Origin: Eledone cirrhosa
Lineage: Eukaryota
Assembly: GCA_964016885.1 (NCBI GenBank)
Contig: OZ024764.1
Coordinates: forward strand, 2,852,001 to 2,916,000
Direction of reading: 5' to 3'
DNA: 64,000 bases
The notes below the pieces were generated by a model. It had not been told where the DNA came from. It saw nothing but the letters and a program-made list of their open reading frames with translations, and did no database searches. Made by a program: the position numbers and the translations under genes. Each line of letters opens with the position of its first letter. Position 1 is the stretch's first letter. This document shows positions 1 to 14,638 of this stretch, in pieces.

Positions 1-139
1 GTTACGCCCCTTGCCATTCTGAGTTCAAATCCCGCCGAGGTTAACTTTGTCTTTCATCCTTACGGGGTCGATAAAATAAAGTACCAGTAATGCACTGGGA
101 AATTTGGTGGCCTTGTGCCAAAAGTAGAAACAATTATTA
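1..139 (+). mobile_element. tRNA-derived SINE, 3' part (runs off window start), with Deu/Nin-type central domain and (ATT)n tail fused to the 73-bp satellite
   Basis: B-box GAGTTCAAATCC at 21-32, then CTTTCATCCTTACGGGGTCGATAAAATAAAGTACCAG, which I recognise as a Deu/Nin-domain motif. Ends ...GTGCCAAAAGTAGAAACAATTATT. Colinear with the copy at 13120-13258 (14 substitutions in 130 bp). Confidence 0.75.
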
Positions 140-3100
140 CAATAAGAGGTTCCCTTTCCAATCACAAGATCCTGGGTTCTAACCCCTACATTACTTCTCA
201 GTCATATTATTACAATAAGAGGTTCCCTTTCCAATCACAAGGTCCTGGGTTCTAACCCCTACATTACTTCTGTCATATTATTACAATAAGAGGTTCCCTT
301 TCCAATCACAAGGTCCTGTGTTCTAACCCCTATATTACTTCTCAGTCATATTATTACAATAAGAGGTTCCCTTTCCAATCACAAGGTCCTGTGTTCTAAC
401 CCCTACATTACTTCTCAGTCATATTATTACAATAAGAGGTTCCCTTTCCAATCACAAGGTCCTGGGTTCTAACCCCTACATTACTTCTCAGTCATATTAT
501 TACAATAAGAGGTTCCCTTTCCAGTCACAAGGTCCTGGGTTCTAACCCCTACATTACTTCTGTCATATTATTACAATAAGAGGTTCCCTTTCCAATCACA
601 AGGTCCTGTGTTCTAACCCCTACATTACTTCTCAGTCTTATTATTACAATAAGAGGTTCCCTTTCCAATCACAAGGTCCTGGGTTCTAACCCCTACATTA
701 CTTCTCAGTCTTATTATTACAATAAGAGGTTCCCTTTCCAATCACAAGATCCTGGGTTCTAACCCCTATATTACTTCTCAGTCATATTATTACAATAAGA
801 GGTTCCCTTTCCAATCACAAGGTCCTGGGTTCTAACCCCTACATTACTTCTCAGTCATATTATTACAATAAGAGGTTCCCTTTCCAATCACAAGGTCCTG
901 GGTTCTAACCCCTACATTACTTCTGTCATATTATTACAATAAGAGGTTCCCTTTCCAATCACAAGGTCCTGTGTTCTAACCCCTATATTACTTCTCAGTC
1001 ATATTATTACAATAAGAGGTTCCCTTTCCAATCACAAGGTCCTGTGTTCTAACCCCTACATTACTTCTCAGTCATATTATTACAATAAGAGGTTCCCTTT
1101 CCAATCACAAGGTCCTGGGTTCTAACCCCTACATTACTTCTCAGTCATATTATTACAATAAGAGGTTCCCTTTCCAGTCACAAGGTCCTGGGTTCTAACC
1201 CCTACATTACTTCTGTCATATTATTACAATAAGAGGTTCCCTTTCCAATCACAAGGTCCTGTGTTCTAACCCCTACATTACTTCTCAGTCTTATTATTAC
1301 AATAAGAGGTTCCCTTTCCAATCACAAGGTCCTGGGTTCTAACCCCTACATTACTTCTCAGTCTTATTATTACAATAAGAGGTTCCCTTTCCAATCACAA
1401 GATCCTGGGTTCTAACCCCTATATTACTTCTCAGTCATATTATTACAATAAGAGGTTCCCTTTCCAATCACAAGGTCCTGGGTTCTAACCCCTACATTAC
1501 TTCTCAGTCATATTATTACAATAAGAGGTTCCCTTTCCAATCACAAGGTCCTGTGTTCTAACCCCTACATTACTTCTCAGTCTTATTATTACAATAAGAG
1601 GTTCCCTTTCCAATCACAAGGTCCTGGGTTCTAACCCCTACATTACTTCTCAGTCTTATTATTACAATAAGAGGTTCCCTTTCCAATCACAAGATCCTGG
1701 GTTCTAACCCCTATATTACTTCTCAGTCTTATTATTACAATAAGAGGTTCCCTTTCCAATCACAAGGTCCTGTGTTCTAACCCCTACATTACTTCTCAGT
1801 CATATTATTACAATAAGAGGTTCCCTTTCCAATCACAAGGTCCTGGGTTCTAACCCCTACATTACTTCTCAGTCATATTATTACAATAAGAGGTTCCCTT
1901 TCCAGTCACAAGGTCCTGGGTTCTAACCCCTACATTACTTCTCAGTCATATTATTACAATAAGAGGTTCCCTTTCCAGTCACAAGGTCCTGGGTTCTAAC
2001 CCCTACATTACTTCTCAGTCATATTATTACAATAAGAGGTTCCCTTTCCAATCACAAGGTCCTGGGTTCTAACCCCTACATTACTTCTCAGTCTTATTAT
2101 TACAATAAGAGGTTCCCTTTCCAATCACAAGGTCCTGTGTTCTAACCCCTACATTACTTCTCAGTCATATTATTACAATAAGAGGTTCCCTTTCCAATCA
2201 CAAGGTCCTGTGTTCTAACCCCTACATTACTTCTCAGTCTTATTATTACAATAAGAGGTTCCCTTTCCAATCACAAGGTCCTGTGTTCTAACCCCTACAT
2301 TACTTCTCAGTCTTATTATTACAATAAGAGGTTCCCTTTCCAATCACAAGGTCCTGGGTTCTAACCCCTACATTACTTCTCAGTCTTATTATTACAATAA
2401 GAGGTTCCCTTTCCAATCAAAAGGTCCTGGGTTCTAACCCCTACATTACTTCTCAGTCTTATTATTACAATAAGAGGTTCCCTTTCCAATCACAAGGTCC
2501 TGGGTTCTAACCCCTACATTACTTCTGTCATATTATTACAATAAGAGGTTCCCTTTCCAATCACAAGGTCCTGTGTTCTAACCCCTACATTACTTCTCAG
2601 TCATATTATTACAATAAGAGGTTCCCTTTCCAATCACAAGGTCCTGGTTTCTAACCCCTACATTACTTCTCAGTCTTATTATTACAATAAGAGGTTCCCT
2701 TTCCAATCACAAGGTCCTGGGTTCTAACCCCTACATTACTTCTGTCATATTATTACAATAAGAGGTTCCCTTTCCAATCACAAGGTCCTGTGTTCTAACC
2801 CCTACATTACTTCTCAGTCATATTATTACAATAAGAGGTTCCCTTTCCAATCACAAGGTCCTGGTTTCTAACCCCTACATTACTTCTCAGTCTTATTATT
2901 ACAATAAGAGGTTCCCTTTCCAATCACAAGGTCCTGGGTTCTAACCCCTACATTACTTCTCAGTCTTATTATTACAATAAGAGGTTCCCTTTCCAATCAC
3001 AAGGTCCTGTGTTCTAACCCCTACATTACTTCTCAGTCATATTATTACAATAAGAGGTTCCCTTTCCAATCACAAGGTCCTGTGTTCTAACCCCTATATT

Positions 3101-6100
3101 ACTTCTGTCATATTATTACAATAAGAGGTTCCCTTTCCAATCACAAGGTCCTGGGTTCTAACCCCTATATTACTTCTCAGTCATATTATTACAATAAGAG
3201 GTTCCCTTTCCAATCACAAGGTCCTGGGTTCTAACCCCTACATTACTTCTGTCATATTATTACAATAAGAGGTTCCCTTTCCAATCACAAGGTCCTGTGT
3301 TCTAACCCCTACATTACTTCTCAGTCATATTATTACAATAAGAGGTTCCCTTTCCAATCACAAGGTCCTGTGTTCTAACCCCTACATTACTTCTCAGTCA
3401 TATTATTACAATAAGAGGTTCCCTTTCCAATCACAAGGTCCTGGGTTCTAACCCCTACATTACTTCTCAGTCTTATTATTACAATAAGAGGTTCCCTTTC
3501 CAATCACAAGGTCCTGGGTTCTAACCCCTACATTACTTCTCAATCATATCATTACAATAAGAGGTTCCCTTTCCAGTCACAAGGTCCTGGGTTCTAACCC
3601 CTACATTACTTCTCAGTCTTATTATTACAATAAGAGGTTCCCTTTCCAATCACAAGGTCCTGGGTTCTATCCCCTACATTACTTCTCAGTCTTATTATTA
3701 CAATAAGAGGTTCCCTTTCCAATCACAAGGTCCTGGGTTCTAACCCCTACATTACTTCTCAATCATATTATTACAATAAGAGGTTCCCTTTCCAGTCACA
3801 AGGTCCTGGGTTCTAACCCCTACATTACTTCTCAGTCTTATTATTACAATAAGAGGTTCCCTTTCCAATCACAAGGTCCAGGGTTCTAACCCCTACATTA
3901 CTTCTCAGTCATATTATTACAATAAGAGGTTCCCTTTCCAATCACAAGGTCCTGGGTTCTAACCCCTATATTACTTCTCAGTCATATTATTACAATAAGA
4001 GGTTCCCTTTCCAATCACAAGGTCCTGGGTTCTAACCCCTATATTACTTCTCAGTCATATTATTACAATAAGAGGTTCCCTTTCCAATCACAAGGTCCTG
4101 TGTTCTAACCCCTACATTACTTCTCAGTCATATTATTACAATAAGAGGTTCCCTTTCCAATCACAAGGTCCTGGTTTCTAACCCCTACATTACTTCTCAG
4201 TCATATTATTACAATAAGAGGTTCCCTTTCCAATCACAAGGTCCTGTGTTCTAACCCCTATATTACTTCTCAGTCATATTATTACAATAAGAGGTTCCCT
4301 TTTCAATCACAAGGTCCTGTGTTCTAACCCCTATATTACTTCTGTCATATTATTACAATAAGAGGTTCCCTTTCCAATCACAAGGTCCTGTGTTCTAACC
4401 CCTATATTACTTCTCAGTCATATTATTACAATAAGAGGTTCCCTTTCCAATCACAAGGTCCTGTGTTCTAACCCCTACATTACTTCTCAGTCATATTATT
4501 ACAATAAGAGGTTCCCTTTTCAATCACAAGGTCCTGTGTTCTAACCCCTATATTACTTCTGTCATATTATTACAATAAGAGGTTCCCTTTCCAGTCACAA
4601 GGTCCTGGGTTCTAACCCCTACATTACTTCTCAGTCATATTATTACAATAAGAGGTTCCCTTTCCAGTCACAAGGTCCTGGGTTCTAACCCCTACATTAC
4701 TTCTCAGTCATATTATTACAATAAGAGGTTCCCTTTCCAATCACAAGGTCCTGGGTTCTAACCCCTACATTACTTCTCAGTCTTATTATTACAATAAGAG
4801 GTTCCCTTTCCAATCACAAGGTCCTGTGTTCTAACCCCTACATTACTTCTCAGTCATATTATTACAATAAGAGGTTCCCTTTCCAATCACAAGGTCCTGT
4901 GTTCTAACCCCTACATTACTTCTCAGTCTTATTATTACAATAAGAGGTTCCCTTTCCAATCACAAGGTCCTGTGTTCTAACCCCTACATTACTTCTCAGT
5001 CTTATTATTACAATAAGAGGTTCCCTTTCCAATCACAAGGTCCTGGGTTCTAACCCCTACATTACTTCTCAGTCTTATTATTACAATAAGAGGTTCCCTT
5101 TCCAATCAAAAGGTCCTGGGTTCTAACCCCTACATTACTTCTCAGTCTTATTATTACAATAAGAGGTTCCCTTTCCAATCACAAGGTCCTGGGTTCTAAC
5201 CCCTACATTACTTCTGTCATATTATTACAATAAGAGGTTCCCTTTCCAATCACAAGGTCCTGTGTTCTAACCCCTACATTACTTCTCAGTCATATTATTA
5301 CAATAAGAGGTTCCCTTTCCAATCACAAGGTCCTGGTTTCTAACCCCTACATTACTTCTCAGTCTTATTATTACAATAAGAGGTTCCCTTTCCAATCACA
5401 AGGTCCTGGGTTCTAACCCCTACATTACTTCTCAGTCTTATTATTACAATAAGAGGTTCCCTTTCCAATCACAAGGTCCTGTGTTCTAACCCCTACATTA
5501 CTTCTCAGTCATATTATTACAATAAGAGGTTCCCTTTCCAATCACAAGGTCCTGTGTTCTAACCCCTATATTACTTCTGTCATATTATTACAATAAGAGG
5601 TTCCCTTTCCAATCACAAGGTCCTGGGTTCTAACCCCTATATTACTTCTCAGTCATATTATTACAATAAGAGGTTCCCTTTCCAATCACAAGGTCCTGGG
5701 TTCTAACCCCTACATTACTTCTGTCATATTATTACAATAAGAGGTTCCCTTTCCAATCACAAGGTCCTGTGTTCTAACCCCTATATTACTTCTCAGTCAT
5801 ATTATTACAATAAGAGGTTCCCTTTCCAATCACAAGGTCCTGTGTTCTAACCCCTACATTACTTCTCAGTCATATTATTACAATAAGAGGTTCCCTTTCC
5901 AATCACAAGGTCCTGGGTTCTAACCCCTACATTACTTCTCAGTCATATTATTACAATAAGAGGTTCCCTTTCCAGTCACAAGGTCCTGGGTTCTAACCCC
6001 TACATTACTTCTGTCATATTATTACAATAAGAGGTTCCCTTTCCAATCACAAGGTCCTGTGTTCTAACCCCTACATTACTTCTCAGTCTTATTATTACAA

Positions 6101-9100
6101 TAAGAGGTTCCCTTTCCAATCACAAGGTCCTGGGTTCTAACCCCTACATTACTTCTCAGTCTTATTATTACAATAAGAGGTTCCCTTTCCAATCACAAGA
6201 TCCTGGGTTCTAACCCCTATATTACTTCTCAGTCATATTATTACAATAAGAGGTTCCCTTTCCAATCACAAGGTCCTGGGTTCTAACCCCTACATTACTT
6301 CTCAGTCATATTATTACAATAAGAGGTTCCCTTTCCAATCACAAGGTCCTGGGTTCTAACCCCTACATTACTTCTGTCATATTATTACAATAAGAGGTTC
6401 CCTTTCCAATCACAAGGTCCTGTGTTCTAACCCCTATATTACTTCTCAGTCATATTATTACAATAAGAGGTTCCCTTTCCAATCACAAGGTCCTGTGTTC
6501 TAACCCCTACATTACTTCTCAGTCATATTATTACAATAAGAGGTTCCCTTTCCAATCACAAGGTCCTGGGTTCTAACCCCTACATTACTTCTCAGTCATA
6601 TTATTACAATAAGAGGTTCCCTTTCCAGTCACAAGGTCCTGGGTTCTAACCCCTACATTACTTCTGTCATATTATTACAATAAGAGGTTCCCTTTCCAAT
6701 CACAAGGTCCTGTGTTCTAACCCCTACATTACTTCTCAGTCTTATTATTACAATAAGAGGTTCCCTTTCCAATCACAAGGTCCTGGGTTCTAACCCCTAC
6801 ATTACTTCTCAGTCTTATTATTACAATAAGAGGTTCCCTTTCCAATCACAAGATCCTGGGTTCTAACCCCTATATTACTTCTCAGTCATATTATTACAAT
6901 AAGAGGTTCCCTTTCCAATCACAAGGTCCTGGGTTCTAACCCCTACATTACTTCTCAGTCATATTATTACAATAAGAGGTTCCCTTTCCAATCACAAGGT
7001 CCTGTGTTCTAACCCCTACATTACTTCTCAGTCTTATTATTACAATAAGAGGTTCCCTTTCCAATCACAAGGTCCTGGGTTCTAACCCCTACATTACTTC
7101 TCAGTCTTATTATTACAATAAGAGGTTCCCTTTCCAATCACAAGATCCTGGGTTCTAACCCCTATATTACTTCTCAGTCTTATTATTACAATAAGAGGTT
7201 CCCTTTCCAATCACAAGGTCCTGTGTTCTAACCCCTACATTACTTCTCAGTCATATTATTACAATAAGAGGTTCCCTTTCCAATCACAAGGTCCTGGGTT
7301 CTAACCCCTACATTACTTCTCAGTCATATTATTACAATAAGAGGTTCCCTTTCCAGTCACAAGGTCCTGGGTTCTAACCCCTACATTACTTCTCAGTCAT
7401 ATTATTACAATAAGAGGTTCCCTTTCCAGTCACAAGGTCCTGGGTTCTAACCCCTACATTACTTCTCAGTCATATTATTACAATAAGAGGTTCCCTTTCC
7501 AATCACAAGGTCCTGGGTTCTAACCCCTACATTACTTCTCAGTCTTATTATTACAATAAGAGGTTCCCTTTCCAATCACAAGGTCCTGTGTTCTAACCCC
7601 TACATTACTTCTCAGTCATATTATTACAATAAGAGGTTCCCTTTCCAATCACAAGGTCCTGTGTTCTAACCCCTACATTACTTCTCAGTCTTATTATTAC
7701 AATAAGAGGTTCCCTTTCCAATCACAAGGTCCTGTGTTCTAACCCCTACATTACTTCTCAGTCTTATTATTACAATAAGAGGTTCCCTTTCCAATCACAA
7801 GGTCCTGGGTTCTAACCCCTACATTACTTCTCAGTCTTATTATTACAATAAGAGGTTCCCTTTCCAATCAAAAGGTCCTGGGTTCTAACCCCTACATTAC
7901 TTCTCAGTCTTATTATTACAATAAGAGGTTCCCTTTCCAATCACAAGGTCCTGGGTTCTAACCCCTACATTACTTCTGTCATATTATTACAATAAGAGGT
8001 TCCCTTTCCAATCACAAGGTCCTGTGTTCTAACCCCTACATTACTTCTCAGTCATATTATTACAATAAGAGGTTCCCTTTCCAATCACAAGGTCCTGGTT
8101 TCTAACCCCTACATTACTTCTCAGTCTTATTATTACAATAAGAGGTTCCCTTTCCAATCACAAGGTCCTGGGTTCTAACCCCTACATTACTTCTGTCATA
8201 TTATTACAATAAGAGGTTCCCTTTCCAATCACAAGGTCCTGTGTTCTAACCCCTACATTACTTCTCAGTCATATTATTACAATAAGAGGTTCCCTTTCCA
8301 ATCACAAGGTCCTGGTTTCTAACCCCTACATTACTTCTCAGTCTTATTATTACAATAAGAGGTTCCCTTTCCAATCACAAGGTCCTGGGTTCTAACCCCT
8401 ACATTACTTCTCAGTCTTATTATTACAATAAGAGGTTCCCTTTCCAATCACAAGGTCCTGTGTTCTAACCCCTACATTACTTCTCAGTCATATTATTACA
8501 ATAAGAGGTTCCCTTTCCAATCACAAGGTCCTGTGTTCTAACCCCTATATTACTTCTGTCATATTATTACAATAAGAGGTTCCCTTTCCAATCACAAGGT
8601 CCTGGGTTCTAACCCCTATATTACTTCTCAGTCATATTATTACAATAAGAGGTTCCCTTTCCAATCACAAGGTCCTGGGTTCTAACCCCTACATTACTTC
8701 TGTCATATTATTACAATAAGAGGTTCCCTTTCCAATCACAAGGTCCTGTGTTCTAACCCCTACATTACTTCTCAGTCATATTATTACAATAAGAGGTTCC
8801 CTTTCCAATCACAAGGTCCTGTGTTCTAACCCCTACATTACTTCTCAGTCATATTATTACAATAAGAGGTTCCCTTTCCAATCACAAGGTCCTGGGTTCT
8901 AACCCCTACATTACTTCTCAGTCTTATTATTACAATAAGAGGTTCCCTTTCCAATCACAAGGTCCTGGGTTCTAACCCCTACATTACTTCTCAATCATAT
9001 CATTACAATAAGAGGTTCCCTTTCCAGTCACAAGGTCCTGGGTTCTAACCCCTACATTACTTCTCAGTCTTATTATTACAATAAGAGGTTCCCTTTCCAA

Positions 9101-12100
9101 TCACAAGGTCCTGGGTTCTATCCCCTACATTACTTCTCAGTCTTATTATTACAATAAGAGGTTCCCTTTCCAATCACAAGGTCCTGGGTTCTAACCCCTA
9201 CATTACTTCTCAATCATATTATTACAATAAGAGGTTCCCTTTCCAGTCACAAGGTCCTGGGTTCTAACCCCTACATTACTTCTCAGTCTTATTATTACAA
9301 TAAGAGGTTCCCTTTCCAATCACAAGGTCCAGGGTTCTAACCCCTACATTACTTCTCAGTCATATTATTACAATAAGAGGTTCCCTTTCCAATCACAAGG
9401 TCCTGGGTTCTAACCCCTATATTACTTCTCAGTCATATTATTACAATAAGAGGTTCCCTTTCCAATCACAAGGTCCTGGGTTCTAACCCCTATATTACTT
9501 CTCAGTCATATTATTACAATAAGAGGTTCCCTTTCCAATCACAAGGTCCTGGGTTCTAACCCCTATATTACTTCTCAGTCATATTATTACAATAAGAGGT
9601 TCCCTTTCCAATCACAAGGTCCTGTGTTCTAACCCCTACATTACTTCTCAGTCATATTATTACAATAAGAGGTTCCCTTTCCAATCACAAGGTCCTGGTT
9701 TCTAACCCCTACATTACTTCTCAGTCATATTATTACAATAAGAGGTTCCCTTTCCAATCACAAGGTCCTGTGTTCTAACCCCTATATTACTTCTCAGTCA
9801 TATTATTACAATAAGAGGTTCCCTTTTCAATCACAAGGTCCTGTGTTCTAACCCCTATATTACTTCTGTCATATTATTACAATAAGAGGTTCCCTTTCCA
9901 ATCACAAGGTCCTGTGTTCTAACCCCTATATTACTTCTCAGTCATATTATTACAATAAGAGGTTCCCTTTCCAATCACAAGGTCCTGTGTTCTAACCCCT
10001 ACATTACTTCTCAGTCATATTATTACAATAAGAGGTTCCCTTTTCAATCACAAGGTCCTGTGTTCTAACCCCTATATTACTTCTGTCATATTATTACAAT
10101 AAGAGGTTCCCTTTCCAATCACAAGGTCCTGTGTTCTAACCCCTATATTACTTCTCAGTCATATTATTACAATAAGAGGTTCCCTTTCCAATCACAAGGT
10201 CCTGTGTTCTAACCCCTATATTACTTCTCAGTCATATTATTACAATAAGAGGTTCCCTTTCCAATCACAAGGTCCTGTGTTCTAACCCCTATATTACTTC
10301 TCAGTCATATTATTACAATAAGAGGTTCCCTTTCCAATCACAAGGTCCTGGGTTCTAACCCCTACATTACTTCTCAGTCATATTATTACAATAAGAGGTT
10401 CCCTTTTCAATCACAAGGTCCTGTGTTCTAACCCCTATATTACTTCTCAGTCATATTATTACAATAAGAGGTTCCCTTTCCAATCACAAGGTCCTGTGTT
10501 CTAACCCCTACATTACTTCTCAGTCATATTATTACAATAAGAGGTTCCCTTTCCAATCACAAGGTCCTGTGTTCTAACCCCTATATTACTTCTCAGTCAT
10601 ATTATTACAATAAGAGGTTCCCTTTTCAATCACAAGGTCCTGGGTTCTAACCCCTACATTACTTCTCAGTCATATTATTACAATAAGAGGTTCCCTTTCC
10701 AATCACAAGGTCCTGTGTTCTAACCCCTACATTACTTCTCAGTCATATTATTACAATAAGAGGTTCCCTTTCCAATCACAAGGTCCTGTGTTCTAACCCC
10801 TACATTACTTCTCAGTCATATTATTACAATAAGAGGTTCCCTTTCCAATCACAAGGTCCTGGGTTCTAACCCCTACATTACTTCTCAGTCATATTATTAC
10901 AATAAGAGGTTCCCTTTCCAGTCACAAGGTCCTGGGTTCTAACCCCTACATTACTTCTCAGTCATATTATTACAATAAGAGGTTCCCTTTCCAGTCACAA
11001 GGTCCTGGGTTCTAACCCCTACATTACTTCTCAGTCATATTATTACAATAAGAGGTTCCCTTTCCAATCACAAGGTCCTGGGTTCTAACCCCTACATTAC
11101 TTCTCAGTCTTATTATTACAATAAGAGGTTCCCTTTCCAATCACAAGGTCCTGTGTTCTAACCCCTACATTACTTCTCAGTCATATTATTACAATAAGAG
11201 GTTCCCTTTCCAATCACAAGGTCCTGTGTTCTAACCCCTACATTACTTCTCAGTCTTATTATTACAATAAGAGGTTCCCTTTCCAATCACAAGGTCCTGT
11301 GTTCTAACCCCTACATTACTTCTCAGTCTTATTATTACAATAAGAGGTTCCCTTTCCAATCACAAGGTCCTGGGTTCTAACCCCTACATTACTTCTCAGT
11401 CTTATTATTACAATAAGAGGTTCCCTTTCCAATCAAAAGGTCCTGGGTTCTAACCCCTACATTACTTCTCAGTCTTATTATTACAATAAGAGGTTCCCTT
11501 TCCAATCACAAGGTCCTGGGTTCTAACCCCTACATTACTTCTGTCATATTATTACAATAAGAGGTTCCCTTTCCAATCACAAGGTCCTGTGTTCTAACCC
11601 CTACATTACTTCTCAGTCATATTATTACAATAAGAGGTTCCCTTTCCAATCACAAGGTCCTGGTTTCTAACCCCTACATTACTTCTCAGTCTTATTATTA
11701 CAATAAGAGGTTCCCTTTCCAATCACAAGGTCCTGGGTTCTAACCCCTACATTACTTCTCAGTCTTATTATTACAATAAGAGGTTCCCTTTCCAATCACA
11801 AGGTCCTGTGTTCTAACCCCTACATTACTTCTCAGTCATATTATTACAATAAGAGGTTCCCTTTCCAATCACAAGGTCCTGTGTTCTAACCCCTATATTA
11901 CTTCTGTCATATTATTACAATAAGAGGTTCCCTTTCCAATCACAAGGTCCTGGGTTCTAACCCCTATATTACTTCTCAGTCATATTATTACAATAAGAGG
12001 TTCCCTTTCCAATCACAAGGTCCTGGGTTCTAACCCCTACATTACTTCTGTCATATTATTACAATAAGAGGTTCCCTTTCCAATCACAAGGTCCTGTGTT

Positions 12101-13069
12101 CTAACCCCTACATTACTTCTCAGTCATATTATTACAATAAGAGGTTCCCTTTCCAATCACAAGGTCCTGTGTTCTAACCCCTACATTACTTCTCAGTCTT
12201 ATTATTACAATAAGAGGTTCCCTTTCCAATCACAAGGTCCTGGGTTCTAACCCCTATATTACTTCTCAGTCATATTATTACAATAAGAGGTTCCCTTTCC
12301 AGTCACAAGGTCCTGGGTTCTAACCCCTACATTACTTCTCAGTCATATTATTACAATAAGAGGTTCCCTTTCCAATCACAAGGTCCTGGGTTCTAACCCC
12401 TACATTACTTCTCAGTCTTATTATTACAATAAGAGGTTCCCTTTCCAATCACAAGGTCCTGGGTTCTAACCCCTACATTACTTCTCAATCATATTATTAC
12501 AATAAGAGGTTCCCTTTCCAGTCACAAGGTCCTGGGTTCTAACCCCTACATTACTTCTCAGTCTTATTATTACAATAAGAGGTTCCCTTTCCAATCACAA
12601 GGTCCTGGGTTCTAACCCCTACATTACTTCTCAGTCATATTATTACAATAAGAGGTTCCCTTTCCAATCACAAGGTCCTGGGTTCTAACCCCTATATTAC
12701 TTCTCAGTCATATTATTACAATAAGAGGTTCCCTTTCCAATCACAAGGTCCTGGGTTCTAACCCCTACATTACTTCTCAGTCATATTATTACAATAAGAG
12801 GTTCCCTTTCCAATCACAAGGTCCTGGGTTCTAACCCCTATATTACTTCTCAGTCATATTATTACAATAAGAGGTTCCCTTTCCAATCACAAGGTCCTGG
12901 GTTCTAACCCCTATATTACTTCTCAGTCATATTATTACAATAAGAGGTTCCCTTTCCAATCACAAGGTCCTGTGTTCTAACCCCTACATTACTTCTCAGT
13001 CATATTATTACAATAAGAGGTTCCCTTTCCAATCACAAGGTCCTGGTTTCTAACCCCTACATTACTTCT
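133..13069. repeat. 73-bp tandem satellite array A1 (~178 monomers, with 71-bp variants)
   Basis: Monomer TATTATTACAATAAGAGGTTCCCTTTCCAATCACAAGGTCCTG(G/T)GTTCTAACCCCTA(C/T)ATTACTTCT(CA)GTC(A/T). Period 73 (AATAAGAGG at 141 and 214). Only a few polymorphic sites. Confidence 0.98.
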
Positions 13070-13258
13070 GGTGGATTGGCAGTATCGGTAGAGGGTCGAA
13101 CGCCATGCTTTCTAGCATAGTTACGTCCCTTTACGGTCTGAGTTCAAATCCCGCCGAGGTTGACTTTGCCTTTCATCCTTACGGGGTCGATAAAATAAAG
13201 TACCAGCAATACATTGGGATAATTGATAGCCTTGTGCCAAAAGTAGAAACAATTATTA
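13070..13258 (+). mobile_element. tRNA-derived SINE (head plus Deu/Nin-type domain) embedded in the 73-bp array
   Basis: A-box-like TGGCAGTATCGG near 13077, B-box GAGTTCAAATCC at 13140-13151, TTTCATCCTTACGGGGTCGATAAAATAAAGTACCAG, and the same 3' junction into the satellite as the copy at 1-139. No target-site duplication seen. Confidence 0.8.
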
Positions 13259-14638
13259 CAATAAGAGGTTCCCTTTCCAATCACAAGGTCCTGTGTTCTA
13301 ACCCCTACATTACTTCTCAGTCATATTATTACAATAAGAGGTTCCCTTTTCAATCACAAGGTCCTGTGTTCTAACCCCTATATTACTTCTGTCATATTAT
13401 TACAATAAGAGGTTCCCTTTCCAATCACAAGGTCCTGTGTTCTAACCCCTATATTACTTCTCAGTCATATTATTACAATAAGAGGTTCCCTTTCCAATCA
13501 CAAGGTCCTGTGTTCTAACCCCTACATTACTTCTCAGTCATATTATTACAATAAGAGGTTCCCTTTTCAATCACAAGGTCCTGTGTTCTAACCCCTATAT
13601 TACTTCTGTCATATTATTACAATAAGAGGTTCCCTTTCCAATCACAAGGTCCTGTGTTCTAACCCCTATATTACTTCTCAGTCATATTATTACAATAAGA
13701 GGTTCCCTTTCCAATCACAAGGTCCTGTGTTCTAACCCCTATATTACTTCTCAGTCATATTATTACAATAAGAGGTTCCCTTTCCAATCACAAGGTCCTG
13801 TGTTCTAACCCCTATATTACTTCTCAGTCATATTATTACAATAAGAGGTTCCCTTTCCAATCACAAGGTCCTGGGTTCTAACCCCTACATTACTTCTCAG
13901 TCATATTATTACAATAAGAGGTTCCCTTTTCAATCACAAGGTCCTGGGTTCTAACCCCTACATTACTTCTCAGTCATATTATTACAATAAGAGGTTCCCT
14001 TTTCAATCACAAGGTCCTGTGTTCTAACCCCTATATTACTTCTCAGTCATATTATTACAATAAGAGGTTCCCTTTCCAATCACAAGGTCCTGTGTTCTAA
14101 CCCCTACATTACTTCTCAGTCATATTATTACAATAAGAGGTTCCCTTTCCAATCACAAGGTCCTGTGTTCTAACCCCTACATTACTTCTCAGTCATATTA
14201 TTACAATAAGAGGTTCCCTTTCCAATCACAAGGTCCTGTGTTCTAACCCCTACATTACTTCTCAGTCATATTATTACAATAAGAGGTTCCCTTTCCAATC
14301 GCAAGATCCTGGGTTCTAACCCCTACATTACTTCTCAGTCATATTATTACAATAAGAGGTTCCCTTTTCAATCACAAGGTCCTGGGTTCTAACCCCTATA
14401 TTACTTCTCAGTCATATTATTACAATAAGAGGTTCCCTTTCCAATCACAAGGTCCTGTGTTCTAACCCCTATATTACTTCTCAGTCATATTATTACAATA
14501 AGAGGTTCCCTTTCCAATCACAAGGTCCTGTGTTCTAACCCCTATATTACTTCTGTCATATTATTACAATAAGAGGTTCCCTTTCCAATCACAAGGTCCT
14601 GTGTTCTAACCCCTACATTACTTCTCAGTCATATTATT

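Noticed and set aside
13105-13374. 89-aa ORF
   Set aside because: Spans SINE and satellite sequence, with no recognisable protein similarity.
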